A stretch of DNA of 64,000 nucleotides from Minisyncoccota bacterium (GTDB lineage: Bacteria > Patescibacteriota > Minisyncoccia > Phycocordibacterales > Phycocordibacteraceae), in NCBI GenBank assembly GCA_039927695.1, contig JBDSUM010000007.1, positions 11,700 through 75,699 on the forward strand, written 5' to 3'. Shown here one piece after another: positions 1-9,798 of the stretch. Each line of letters opens with the position of its first letter. The first letter of the stretch is position 1. Below the pieces are notes generated by a model, which saw only the letters and a list, made by a program, of their open reading frames with translations, did not search any database and was not told the DNA's origin. The translations under genes and the position numbers were made by a program.

Positions 1-688
1 ATCTACGGAATCTGTGTCAGCGAATGCTAGCGAGGTTTTAGATCAAACTTTGCCAACAATTCGTTTCAGTACAACTACTGAGGATACTTTAGATGCAAAA
101 CTTGGGAATGATGCTTCATCTATACAAGACTCTTCCTCCACGACCCTAGATAGCAATGAAGTTAATATTTCTATATCTACTAGCTCAATTCAACAAGATT
201 TAAGCCCCACACTTGAAATAGCAAGTTCAACGCAAGTGCAAGCGTCTCTAGAGCTACCTGTTTTTATAAGAAAAAATATTGAGCCTGTACCAGCACCTGA
301 ACCTGCATCATTTAAAGTTCAACCAACATTGCGACTCGCTCCAATGAGTCCAGCTAATTTCCCGATCATTCCTCCTCCTGTTTTTGGAGTAATTGAAATA
401 ATTGCCACGACGTCAGCTACAACAACTATTACTGAGGCTAGTTCAACTGATGTAATACCTACTTCAGTCCCGGATACTAAAGAAGATGATAAAAGCAACT
501 TAATGCCATCGGTAGATACCCAAACTGCTACAACTACGGCATCAACATCGGATTATGTGAATGGAAATGACGAATTACCAGCACCATCAACTGATTCAAC
601 TGCAGGTTCTACCTTTCCAGATACTAGCGCTACAGTTACTAAGACAGATGACACGACTGTGCTCCTGTTGGAACCATTAACTGATTAA
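1..688 (+). CDS. C-terminal part of a Ser/Thr/Pro-rich, low-complexity, probably secreted protein (5' partial)
   Basis: Frame is open back to the window start; S/T/P-rich translation; stop TAA at 686-688. Confidence 0.6.
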   Translation, partial: STESVSANASEVLDQTLPTIRFSTTTEDTLDAKLGNDASSIQDSSSTTLDSNEVNISISTSSIQQDLSPTLEIASSTQVQASLELPVFIRKNIEPVPAPEPASFKVQPTLRLAPMSPANFPIIPPPVFGVIEIIATTSATTTITEASSTDVIPTSVPDTKEDDKSNLMPSVDTQTATTTASTSDYVNGNDELPAPSTDSTAGSTFPDTSATVTKTDDTTVLLLEPLTD

Positions 689-713
689 AATATATTGCTT
701 TGGGTTGTCGCAT

Positions 714-2033
714 TTAAGCACAGAGTTTAATTGCTTTATCGCTAAGCATAATTCTACTCCTTAAGCATCCAAGTAATTCACGCTTTTCAATATCAGCTCC
801 TTCTCGTAGAAGGTATTTTGCATAGTTCCTAATATCAATATCTCCGACCTGGATTTTGGTTTTCGTATTAGCAATAGCTTGCTGAAACTTCTTGAATCTC
901 TCTACTTCGGCCTTGATTTTTTCTTTGATGCCAATCTCGTTAATATCGATAGTATCTATGAGACCTATAAACTGCTCTATAAGATCCGTTTCATTTATAT
1001 ATCCAGACTTACAGTTCACATCCTTGCCCTTACCACAGCCGTAATAGACATGACGGTGAATATTTCCATTCTTTTGTTTCTTGAACTTCTCATCAGCTGA
1101 AATGCTTGAACCACACAGTCCGCATTCCATGAGTCGAGTGAAGGCAAATTCTTTAGTCTCCGCGCGAATGATTGAACGCGTAGTCTGTTCTTGAACTAAA
1201 TCAAATAACTCTTTCGTGATTAGCGGCTCGTGCTTCCCTTGGTACCAACGTCCTGAATTCTTAGGGTATTCAAATACTCCGTAATAGAAGGGGTTTTGAA
1301 GAAGGATATAAATATTGCTTAAACTTAGATTCTTATTCCCGGCAGCGGTCTTGAAATTAAGATCGAACTTGAGCCAGTTATATACCTTACGTCCACTCCA
1401 TTTCTCATATCCTACCTTTTCAAACATCTTCTTAATTATCATCGCTCGATCGGGATCAAGAATACTTTGGCACTTTCTGTCCAGTCGCTGTTCCTTTAAA
1501 TAGCCAGTTGGAGCACGTCCTGGCAGAAGTCCCATTTCAACCCTCGTCTTTAAACCTCTCTTTACATTAATACTCTTGTTGTCGTTTTCGAGCTTCGCTT
1601 GGCTGCAAAGAATCATTAGAAGGAACTTTTCGTTAGGGGAGTTCCTGAAATGCTGTCCGTAAGTGCGAATCTCTAACAATAGCTTCTGATCCATTAAATC
1701 TACGAGCGTCCCTAAGTCACCAGCATTCCTACTTAACCTATCTGGTGCCCAAGTAAGGACAGCATTGAATCGTCCTCTCCTAATGTCTTCGAGTAGCTCC
1801 TGATATACCGGCCGCTGTCCTGAATCTTTGGCTGAATGCGACTCTCTCCGTATATCTATTATTTCTAGATTCTCTCGCTCGGCTATCTGTAGCATTTCTT
1901 TAATCTGCGAATCTATCGAAAGGGCTTGCTTCTCGTCTGATTCGGTAGATTTGCGAGCGTACAGACAGTATTTGATTTTCTCTTCAATGATGACGGGCGA
2001 TAGCCCTATTTGAGAAGTTTCTAATCTTTGCAT
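714..2033 (-). CDS. Large serine recombinase (resolvase, recombinase and Zn-ribbon domains), family A
   Basis: YARKS catalytic motif, DRLSRN, CGLCG...YYGC...C zinc ribbon; paralogue of 28788-30110. Confidence 0.95.
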   Translation of the reverse strand: MQRLETSQIGLSPVIIEEKIKYCLYARKSTESDEKQALSIDSQIKEMLQIAERENLEIIDIRRESHSAKDSGQRPVYQELLEDIRRGRFNAVLTWAPDRLSRNAGDLGTLVDLMDQKLLLEIRTYGQHFRNSPNEKFLLMILCSQAKLENDNKSINVKRGLKTRVEMGLLPGRAPTGYLKEQRLDRKCQSILDPDRAMIIKKMFEKVGYEKWSGRKVYNWLKFDLNFKTAAGNKNLSLSNIYILLQNPFYYGVFEYPKNSGRWYQGKHEPLITKELFDLVQEQTTRSIIRAETKEFAFTRLMECGLCGSSISADEKFKKQKNGNIHRHVYYGCGKGKDVNCKSGYINETDLIEQFIGLIDTIDINEIGIKEKIKAEVERFKKFQQAIANTKTKIQVGDIDIRNYAKYLLREGADIEKRELLGCLRSRIMLSDKAIKLCA

Positions 2034-2037
2034 ATAG

Positions 2038-2340
2038 TTATTTTAATTTACGTAATGCCTCAGCTCGAAGTCTCTCCGTATCTCGAAGTACGGACAAATA
2101 TACCCTCCGACTTTTCTTTGTCCTTGGATGAGTGTTGAGCCAATCGATCAGCTCGTCTGGTACATACGTGGCGAGGGAGCTATAGGCAACTATCAGTTCT
2201 TCTATCCTCTCAAGAATTGCTCGCTTCAGATCCTTCTTGGAATTGGGGAGTAGGGAAATTCTGTTCAGACAGGCAGAGTCGGACTCCTTTGTAAACCGAT
2301 AATGGGCTGCGGTATCTAATATTTTGTCCCTGTCTTCCAC
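2038..2340 (-). CDS. Hypothetical protein immediately upstream of the LSR
   Basis: 100-aa ORF ending 4 bp before the LSR start, same strand. Confidence 0.6.
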   Translation of the reverse strand: MEDRDKILDTAAHYRFTKESDSACLNRISLLPNSKKDLKRAILERIEELIVAYSSLATYVPDELIDWLNTHPRTKKSRRVYLSVLRDTERLRAEALRKLK

Positions 2341-2514
2341 CTATTAATTGATGCCAGACCAGGTGGTGGTGCATAGTCTATGCAAAACGAGCGATTCGTA
2401 GCATGGTCGTGGAGGGCTTAGCAGAACAACCAGACTGCGATATTATGAAGAGGTAATACGGGGCTATGTATTACATCAATATGGCCTAAACCGAGCAATT
2501 GCCCGGCATGGCCG

Positions 2515-2650
2515 AATAACCGCGACCAGCATAGAAAACCCGTCATCAGGGCGCTGGTCGCGTTATCAGGGGAAACTCTGATATGTCCTTCGGGACTCCT
2601 GGTGGCGGGTTTTGTGCTACCCACCAGAATTACAAATCGCGACCAGCAAT
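2515..2650 (+). ncRNA. Candidate structured leader or antisense-type regulatory RNA
   Basis: CGCGACCAGC at 2521 and 2638 with its complement at 2553-2562; 2535-2550 complementary to 2598-2613; GAAA-capped (2565-2582) and UUCG-capped (2585-2596) hairpins. Confidence 0.45.
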
Positions 2651-2653
2651 ATT

Positions 2654-3331
2654 ATGGATAATCCATCACAGCCTTCTACGAAGGCTACTCACCTTACCCT
2701 AGGTAAAATTATTATTTGGCTTCTGAGTGTCGGACTCTTGGTTTCGGGAATAATATCCCTCTTTACTAACTTCGGCATGGGACTGACCATCATTCTGGCA
2801 AGTTTGGTGATCTTACCACCGCTGACAAAATATCTGAAAGAGAAACATAACTTCTCAATCTCTGGACCACTCAAAATAGTGCTCCTGTTCGGGATCATCA
2901 TGATAGGAGGATTTATTATTAGCCAAGGTAAGGATACGGCTCCTGCTGCTACGGAAACACGTCCATCTGCAGCATATGATGTTCCTTCTCTCCTAGGACT
3001 AAGTCTCAAAGAGCTTGAGGCGAAGCTTGGTACATCCTCATACGATACCGAACCGACAGCACAACAGCTCGCTATCGGTGGAATCGATACATGGGAGAAA
3101 AGCTGGAATAATGGTGACTACAGTCTTATGGCTACGTACGACATAAAGACCAAGAAAGTTACTGACCTCTTCCTTAGTGCAGATACGGATGCCGCATTCA
3201 AGAAATTCGAGGATACTGACAATATTCTTACAGCAGGGAATCTTTCAAAGAACGACTCTCATTACTCGGTTGAATTTGTTAAAGCAAAGAATGGTCCTGG
3301 TTACACAGGAGCAATTGTTCGCCTCAAATAA
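2654..3331 (+). CDS. Membrane protein with about 3 N-terminal TM helices and an extracytoplasmic domain
   Basis: Hydrophobic N-terminal half; ATG 2654 preferred over the track start 2612. Confidence 0.75.
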   Translation: MDNPSQPSTKATHLTLGKIIIWLLSVGLLVSGIISLFTNFGMGLTIILASLVILPPLTKYLKEKHNFSISGPLKIVLLFGIIMIGGFIISQGKDTAPAATETRPSAAYDVPSLLGLSLKELEAKLGTSSYDTEPTAQQLAIGGIDTWEKSWNNGDYSLMATYDIKTKKVTDLFLSADTDAAFKKFEDTDNILTAGNLSKNDSHYSVEFVKAKNGPGYTGAIVRLK

Positions 3332-3387
3332 CTGATTTGCTCAGAGCATAAAGATTCTCAGGTTACAGTTGAACATTCGAACTAGCT

Positions 3388-4878
3388 TTACCAGGAAAGA
3401 TCGCTCCAGTTCATGCTGTAGACACGAGGTACGCTAGGCGGATCTTGAGAGACGCTATGAACGAGGTTTGAGAATGCGTCGGCAAGGTCGTCATGCTTCT
3501 CAACTCCGAAGTGGACTATCTGCTGGATTAACTGCTCAGCTCCTTCTCGAGGGAACACGACTTTTCCGTCTCTGATTGAATTTGCCGTAAGGACAAGACG
3601 ACTTCGCTTATCGGTGGCACCAGGACGGACGGTCTTAACGTTGTGTACGCCTTCTTCCTTCAATTGTTGTGGCAGTGCTTTCTGATACGCTACATCCTCA
3701 ATAATAAAGATAGGGTATCGCTTATCCGATTCGTAGTAACTCTGTTCCAGAATCTTGCACGTATCTACTGTTTCAGGGAAGTTCAGTCGTTTGTTAATGA
3801 TCTTGGGAAGAATATACAACCGATAGCCTCTCTCAAGTTCATAGAGGAGTCCTGGTACCATGGCGGTATAGTCCGCAGTTGCGCTCTTCGAAATCGCTGG
3901 GTCTATACCAATACGCACTTCACGATACGAGGAATAACCGCTTTTGAATCGAATCGGTGGTGGTATCTCGTCGTAGTACTGGATCCATTCGCGGTAAATT
4001 GCTTGGTCGTCGGCTGGGACGATATTCAGCATATATTCGCGCTGCCAGGCGTACTCGTTTCCGGCTCGTCGCTTTTCGTTTTCAATTTCCTCCATATTTG
4101 AGTACTTACCCGGCCATAGGATTTCTCCGTCTTTTGTTACGAGTGGATACTCTTTGAACACGGCGTCGATTGTGTTTTTCTCAACGCGCTCTTTTAAACG
4201 CATAAGAAGCGAATCCTCGTGAAGTAAGTTACCGATAACAACGATACGTGTAGTGCGATCTCCGGTCGGGATAACCTCTCCAGTGAACCATTGGAAGGTC
4301 TTGTCGCGACCTTCGCGCGTCTTCGTGGAAGCGATATCCTCTACGTCGTCTCCAATGATGAGATCAGGGCGATGCTGGTTGTGACGCAAACCACGGATAC
4401 TCTGCTCACTTGAAGCTGCCGTAATGCGTGCGCCGCGCTCGGCAAATACGAGTGAGAACGAACCCCATTCGTCCGCCTCTTCTTTGAATGGCCCTAAATC
4501 ATCCTTCAACATCGAATTATTCTCTAATTCGTTTCGCAAGTTTCGCATATGCTGCTTCGCTTGGCTCTGTGTCTGACAGAGAATCAGCACGAACTTCTTC
4601 TGTTGTTTTCCGAGGATTGCCCAGATAGGATAAGAAGTTGTAATAATTGTAGACTTACTGCTTCCGCGAAACGCGACTACGAACAAGTTTCCGATGTTCT
4701 CGTCTTCAATCAATGAGATCATCTCTGACTGAAACGGAGCAGTCGCGTATTTAACGTAGTGAGCGAAGTAGAAGTGGAAGAAATACCACAGACTATTTTT
4801 AGTGATTGCTATTCGCACTGCTCGATCCTTCATCATCTTCTCTACTAGTTCCGGTGGAAGCATATTTACCTGGTTCAT
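3388..4878 (-). CDS. terL: Phage terminase large subunit
   Basis: Walker A-like FRGSSKST, Walker B IIGDDVE, RNase H-like nuclease GIDPA...HDDLADA. Confidence 0.9.
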   Translation of the reverse strand: MNQVNMLPPELVEKMMKDRAVRIAITKNSLWYFFHFYFAHYVKYATAPFQSEMISLIEDENIGNLFVVAFRGSSKSTIITTSYPIWAILGKQQKKFVLILCQTQSQAKQHMRNLRNELENNSMLKDDLGPFKEEADEWGSFSLVFAERGARITAASSEQSIRGLRHNQHRPDLIIGDDVEDIASTKTREGRDKTFQWFTGEVIPTGDRTTRIVVIGNLLHEDSLLMRLKERVEKNTIDAVFKEYPLVTKDGEILWPGKYSNMEEIENEKRRAGNEYAWQREYMLNIVPADDQAIYREWIQYYDEIPPPIRFKSGYSSYREVRIGIDPAISKSATADYTAMVPGLLYELERGYRLYILPKIINKRLNFPETVDTCKILEQSYYESDKRYPIFIIEDVAYQKALPQQLKEEGVHNVKTVRPGATDKRSRLVLTANSIRDGKVVFPREGAEQLIQQIVHFGVEKHDDLADAFSNLVHSVSQDPPSVPRVYSMNWSDLSW

Positions 4879-5264
4879 GTTTGGTTTTCAGTTGGTAAGT
4901 GGCCAGCAAGGCGTAACGCCTCACGTACCGTTGCTTCTTGTTCAGGATTCAGCTCTTCCTGTTTCGGTTTCATTTCAACCTCAATTTTGTCTTTGAACTT
5001 TGGGTTACGCTTGCGAAGCCAGAAGGATATGGCGTGCCAGTTCTTCTCACGAATAAGAACGAGGAGTTGGTTCTCACTCATGTCGTTTACTAACGCTTCG
5101 CCGTCAATGAGTGCGGTTTCCATTTCTTGAGCAAACTCAGGGTCATCGTTTTTCCAACGGTACACGCTGTTTCGCGACACACCGACCTTTTCACACGCAA
5201 CTTGTACAATCGGCACCTTACGAAGCTGCTCCAAGAAAGTGTCTTTTACCTTGTTCTTTTTCAT
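4875..5264 (-). CDS. HTH protein, probable terminase small subunit
   Basis: ACEKVGVSRNSVYRW HTH; overlaps terL by 4 nt. Confidence 0.75.
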   Translation of the reverse strand: MKKNKVKDTFLEQLRKVPIVQVACEKVGVSRNSVYRWKNDDPEFAQEMETALIDGEALVNDMSENQLLVLIREKNWHAISFWLRKRNPKFKDKIEVEMKPKQEELNPEQEATVREALRLAGHLPTENQT

Positions 5265-6538
5265 ACGCGCTTCGCCTTATTGCCCGTCAGCTTCTCGTAT
5301 CGTTTGATGGCGAGGTCGCAGAACACTGGCTCAAGCTCAACCGCATAGACGCGACGTTTCAACTGCTCGGCCGCAATCATGGTGCTACCGGAACCTGAAA
5401 AGCTGTCGAGAATAATGTCGTTTGGTTTTGTGCAACGGCGAATCGCTTTCTCGTGAAGCTTGGGAGGCTTTGACGTTGCGTGTTCGTAGTCCTTGCCGGA
5501 CAAACGCTTAACCATCCACACGTCGAGATGGTCGAGCGTTTCTTCGATTAGATTATTGCCGGTCGTAATTTCCTTATTCAGTACCTCGTTCAGGTTCTGA
5601 ATAGACTTTGTAATATATGGCTTACCGCGCACGCCATAGACGCAAGGTTCGTAGCACTTATTGAATGCAACTGACGGCACGGGATTCTGGGAATTCTTGA
5701 GCCACAGGCAAACGCGCTTGTTCGCGATACCAAGTTCGCGGTACAGCTCCTGCATAAGGCCGATATAGATCTGGTCGCACCAGTAGAAGACGTGAGTATC
5801 AGCCTTTGCAACAGAAAGGGCAGCGATCATGGTTTTGACGATAAACTCCTTGTATTCAGCGTCGGTGCGGTTATCAAGAACGTTCCCACCATAGTTCTTC
5901 TTGCCACCAATACCGCCGTTGTAGTCGATGTTGATGTTATAGGGCGGATCGCTATATATCATGGACGCACGATCATCACCGAAAAGGCGAGTGAGAACGG
6001 CAGGGTCTGTGGAGCTTCCACAGATAAGGCGGTGTTGGCCGAGCTGAATTAAATCACCGACTTTTGTTACAGGCTCTGTTATCTTCTTAAACTCCTTTTC
6101 TTCGTCGAAGTCGTCGTCTTCAGCTTCAAGGTTCTGCGCCCACAGATCGGATAAATCGCTCTCGTCAAAGCCGCTCTCAAGGAGTAGATCAAGGTCAAAA
6201 GATTTAAGCTTCTCAAGATCCCACTCTCCACTTATGGCATTTGAAGAAATTAAATACTGCTCAAACTCTTCTTTTGTGAGCTTGCGGTTAGGTACTCGTA
6301 CATCGATTTCTTCGTCTCCGCGATCAAGTAGCTGTAGGGCTTTGAGTCTTTGATGTCCGGCGACTACAGTATTGTTGGTATCTATTGCCGGGATCTCGAC
6401 AAGGTTAAATTTCTGAAGACTCTTCTTCAGGTCTTGTAATTGCTTATTAGTAAGTTTGCGAGGGTTCGCCTCGTATGGCAGGAGAGAGCTGACTTTACGT
6501 TGCTCTGTGTGCCAGGAAAGTTTTGCGCGTATGGGCAT
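5261..6538 (-). CDS. ParB-like N-terminal domain fused to an N6/N4 DNA methyltransferase
   Basis: NPR...VVAGHQR ParB motif, DPPY catalytic motif, LDSFSGSGST SAM-binding motif. Confidence 0.9.
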   Translation of the reverse strand: MPIRAKLSWHTEQRKVSSLLPYEANPRKLTNKQLQDLKKSLQKFNLVEIPAIDTNNTVVAGHQRLKALQLLDRGDEEIDVRVPNRKLTKEEFEQYLISSNAISGEWDLEKLKSFDLDLLLESGFDESDLSDLWAQNLEAEDDDFDEEKEFKKITEPVTKVGDLIQLGQHRLICGSSTDPAVLTRLFGDDRASMIYSDPPYNINIDYNGGIGGKKNYGGNVLDNRTDAEYKEFIVKTMIAALSVAKADTHVFYWCDQIYIGLMQELYRELGIANKRVCLWLKNSQNPVPSVAFNKCYEPCVYGVRGKPYITKSIQNLNEVLNKEITTGNNLIEETLDHLDVWMVKRLSGKDYEHATSKPPKLHEKAIRRCTKPNDIILDSFSGSGSTMIAAEQLKRRVYAVELEPVFCDLAIKRYEKLTGNKAKRV

Positions 6539-6603
6539 GAAAGCACCATAAACAACTTCGGTGCAGTCTATGTTTCAGATAAAGAGATCCCTTATCTGTA
6601 TAG

Positions 6604-7395
6604 CTATATTTCTCCTAGTCGCTTTCGTGTTCTTGTCACGATTGTACGGATAAGGTTTGTGGTTAATTTCGGCCATTGATTCGCTAATTCTGAATATATG
6701 AACATATCGCTCGCCATCATCGGATCAGTGTGGCGTTTCTTACCATCCATTCTAAACTTTTTGTACTCTGTATATACTTGCAAATCGCGCTCCATATTCC
6801 GCCATGCCTTATTCTTTTCGATGCGATCTTTGAAGAGAAACTCTTGTTCCTTCTTAATCCAGTCCCAATGAGTTTGGAAATCCTCTTTAGTGGTGTGTGG
6901 AAATATCTCTACGAGAAGTTCCCATGTATCGTCTTTCTTTCGGCGCATACTCACCTGAAATGGGGACGTGTATAGCTCCTTTTGCCCAAAAAAGAAGTAC
7001 ATCTCCAAGAAATCCTTGAATGCCGGATTATCCTTCAATCCATAGTGGTTCAGTATTTCTCCAAATACCTGACCGTATATAGGTGGGAGGTATTCTTTAC
7101 GGAAGGATTCTAGCTCGTTGTACTCATCCAAATTGAGCATTTCTTTGCCACAAGTGATCTGCTTAGCACGCTCCTTGAACTCAGAACCATTCTCCATTTC
7201 CCCATACCGCTTCCAGAACCGATCGTTCCACTCTAGGTATTCCGAATACTTCTTGAAAGGCTCCTTAGAAATCGGACAGCCTATTTCTTTGAACCTAACC
7301 TTGAGCCAAGCCTCTTTCTTGAGGAACCACTCGTCTCTCAGTAGGGCAGCTGCTTTGTGGTAGTCCTGGTTATGTATGGTGCGACTTTTGGGCAT
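6604..7395 (-). CDS. Hypothetical protein
   Basis: 263-aa ORF, divergent from the XRE regulator. Confidence 0.7.
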   Translation of the reverse strand: MPKSRTIHNQDYHKAAALLRDEWFLKKEAWLKVRFKEIGCPISKEPFKKYSEYLEWNDRFWKRYGEMENGSEFKERAKQITCGKEMLNLDEYNELESFRKEYLPPIYGQVFGEILNHYGLKDNPAFKDFLEMYFFFGQKELYTSPFQVSMRRKKDDTWELLVEIFPHTTKEDFQTHWDWIKKEQEFLFKDRIEKNKAWRNMERDLQVYTEYKKFRMDGKKRHTDPMMASDMFIYSELANQWPKLTTNLIRTIVTRTRKRLGEI

Positions 7396-7502
7396 ATGGC
7401 TAAGTATAAGACTCTCTTAGAACAAGCTGAAACTTCTTAGCTTCACATATAAACCACCCTTATTCATTATCATTAGACATTATCGGCTAAACAAGCTAAT
7501 AT

Positions 7503-7856
7503 ATGAAAAACAACATGACCTTAGGGACATTTATCAGAGGAAAGAGAGACGAGCTTGATTTATCGCTCACGGAGTTTGCCAAGCTAATTGGTAAAACAGC
7601 TCCGTTTCTATATGACATTGAATTAGATAGACGACATCCATCTGATGAAGTTCTAGATTTGATTGCACAAAACTTAAAGGTATCGCGAGTTGAATTAGAT
7701 AAGCACGATACTCGTCCTCCAACTAAAAATATTAGAACGCAAATACAAGCAGACCCGCAGTACGCTTTTGCATTTAGAAAGACAGCAGATAGTGGCTTAA
7801 GTCCAGCTGAGATAATTGCTGCAATTGAAAAGGCTCAGAAGAGTAAGCGGGGTTAA
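7503..7856 (+). CDS. XRE-family HTH regulator (CapH-like)
   Basis: LSLTEFAKLIGKTAPFLYDIELDRRHP HTH; next to an ImmA/IrrE peptidase and CBASS. Confidence 0.85.
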   Translation: MKNNMTLGTFIRGKRDELDLSLTEFAKLIGKTAPFLYDIELDRRHPSDEVLDLIAQNLKVSRVELDKHDTRPPTKNIRTQIQADPQYAFAFRKTADSGLSPAEIIAAIEKAQKSKRG

Positions 7857-7864
7857 CAACTTTT

Positions 7865-8557
7865 ATGAAAAATATTCGCGCATTCGAAGGTCCCCATAAA
7901 GATCGGCCTTTTTATGAGAATCACGAGATTGAGCGAATGTGTATTGAAGAGTTGAGTACATACAATCTGCTCCCAGATGAACCGTCGCCAATTCGTATCG
8001 AACGATATATAGAGAAGCGACTCGGCATTACTCCAGCTTACGAAGAGATACCATCTAACATTCTTGGATTCACAAAGTTTGGCACCGCTGGAGCAGAAGC
8101 AATCGTCGTATCACGTTCGCTTCAAGAAGACGGTACTCAATCTTCTGAGCGGCGTGTACGTACGACACTCGCCCATGAAGCTGGGCACGCGTTACTCCAT
8201 GCACATCTTTTTATGAAGCCGACGAGGAAGATGAAAGAACTTTTTGATGACGAACACACAGACATGTCGAAGGTGCTTTGCCGCGACATCGTTGAGAAGA
8301 CCTCTGAAGACGCTCCAAAGTATTCATGGTGGGAATTTCAGGCGAATGCTGCCATGGGTGCACTTCTACTACCCGAGAACCTTTTTCGTACGGCGGCCAA
8401 TCCCTTTTTTGAGTCCACGGGGCTACTCGGCGATACCCCCGTCATCACGCAAGAGGGAAGGGGTGAGCTCGAACGCTCGCTCGCAGACGTATTCGACGTA
8501 AATCCTATCGTCGTACGACATCGTGTCCAGCAGGTGTACTTCCCTAACCGTAAGTAA
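7865..8557 (+). CDS. ImmA/IrrE-family metallopeptidase (CapP-like)
   Basis: RTTLAHEAGH (HExxH) and EFQANAAMGALLLP. Confidence 0.9.
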   Translation: MKNIRAFEGPHKDRPFYENHEIERMCIEELSTYNLLPDEPSPIRIERYIEKRLGITPAYEEIPSNILGFTKFGTAGAEAIVVSRSLQEDGTQSSERRVRTTLAHEAGHALLHAHLFMKPTRKMKELFDDEHTDMSKVLCRDIVEKTSEDAPKYSWWEFQANAAMGALLLPENLFRTAANPFFESTGLLGDTPVITQEGRGELERSLADVFDVNPIVVRHRVQQVYFPNRK

Positions 8558-8661
8558 TAGGCCATATCTGTGCCGCCCTTCCACAATACTTGCATCTTCG
8601 GCAAAAGAAGCTAATATTTATGATAACGCAGAGGAACCCCTCATTTAAAAGCGCCATAGAT

Positions 8662-8907
8662 ATGCCCAATTACCATGTTACGAATCCGAAAGGATCACCA
8701 GTTTGGAGAGTAGTGAAGGACAATGCTTCACGAGCATCAGCTACAGCCAGTACACAGAAGGAAGCCGAAAAGATTGCGAAGCAGATTACCCATAACGCCG
8801 GAGGAGGGGAAGTCCGAATTCATAAGCCGAACGGGGGACCGATTCGCGATAGCGATACGGTCAAGCCCGGGAATGATCCCTATCCACCAGTAGACAAGAA
8901 ACACTAA
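8662..8907 (+). CDS. DUF2188-family small protein
   Basis: YHVT...W.V...RAS...TQKEA...EVRIH...IRDSDT...NDPYPP pattern; start moved to ATG 8662. Confidence 0.85.
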   Translation: MPNYHVTNPKGSPVWRVVKDNASRASATASTQKEAEKIAKQITHNAGGGEVRIHKPNGGPIRDSDTVKPGNDPYPPVDKKH

Positions 8908-8912
8908 AATAT

Positions 8913-9797
8913 ATGCATAACGTACCATCGTCGGTTGTCGAACCGCTCCTGCGAGGACCTTCGCCACGAAAGATCACTCAGGTTGCGCAGCTACAGAATG
9001 ATATTCAAACTCTGCTCGGCTCTACACACCATACGTTCCTTCAGGGCTCTTACAAAAATAATACGGCACCATCTGATATCAACGATGTCGATATTGTCGC
9101 TGTACGGCGAACTACGTATAGCGGCGTACATTCACCTCAACGAAACAACCAGCATGATCGTATAGCTTGGGATTCTATATTTTCTGAACTTGAAATACTT
9201 TTAGACGGACATCCAGAGTACGACTGGACTGTAGAGCGTGGAGACAAGTGTATAAAGCTCACTGGTCCGTTTAATGTCGACGTTATTCCCGCGGTCGTCT
9301 ACAGTACTCATGACGAAGATCCAATAGTGGTCTATTCAATGCGTGATGGGCGAGAAATCGTAAATCATCCCCGAACGCACTATGAGAATGGAGTCGAGAA
9401 ACACGCTTCAACAGGAGAGCTCTATAAGCCAACCGTACGTATGTTTAAGAACTGGAAACAGAATCACTACGGACAGGACAAGAGTATGGTCTCATCCTTT
9501 AAGATTGAAGCTTTGGTTAACGCAGTCGACGATGCGGAGTTCGTTGAAGATCCGGTCGCACGATTCATCCTCGTGGGTGCAAGTATCCTCGAGCTTATGA
9601 ACATGCGTTCGTTAGTACCGACGCGTATCATGAGTGTGTGCGGAAATGAGGATATTACTGAGCACTGGGATTTGGGCGCGCGACGTCAGTTCGTCGCTCA
9701 GCTATCCGAATCTGTGAATCACGCACGGCTTGCATTCTCTGCCCCGACAGCAGCGGTTGCTACACAGCATTGGAATAATGCTTTCAACGTCTACTAG
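8913..9797 (+). CDS. CBASS cGAS/DncV-like nucleotidyltransferase (CD-NTase, SMODS; CdnE-like)
   Basis: FLQGSY...SDINDVDIV, VDVIPA, HYENGVEK, YKPTVRMFKNW. Confidence 0.88.
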   Translation: MHNVPSSVVEPLLRGPSPRKITQVAQLQNDIQTLLGSTHHTFLQGSYKNNTAPSDINDVDIVAVRRTTYSGVHSPQRNNQHDRIAWDSIFSELEILLDGHPEYDWTVERGDKCIKLTGPFNVDVIPAVVYSTHDEDPIVVYSMRDGREIVNHPRTHYENGVEKHASTGELYKPTVRMFKNWKQNHYGQDKSMVSSFKIEALVNAVDDAEFVEDPVARFILVGASILELMNMRSLVPTRIMSVCGNEDITEHWDLGARRQFVAQLSESVNHARLAFSAPTAAVATQHWNNAFNVY

Positions 9798-9798
9798 T

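Noticed and set aside
3370-3387. GTTCGAATGTT on the minus strand
   Set aside because: Opposite orientation and no core; probably chance
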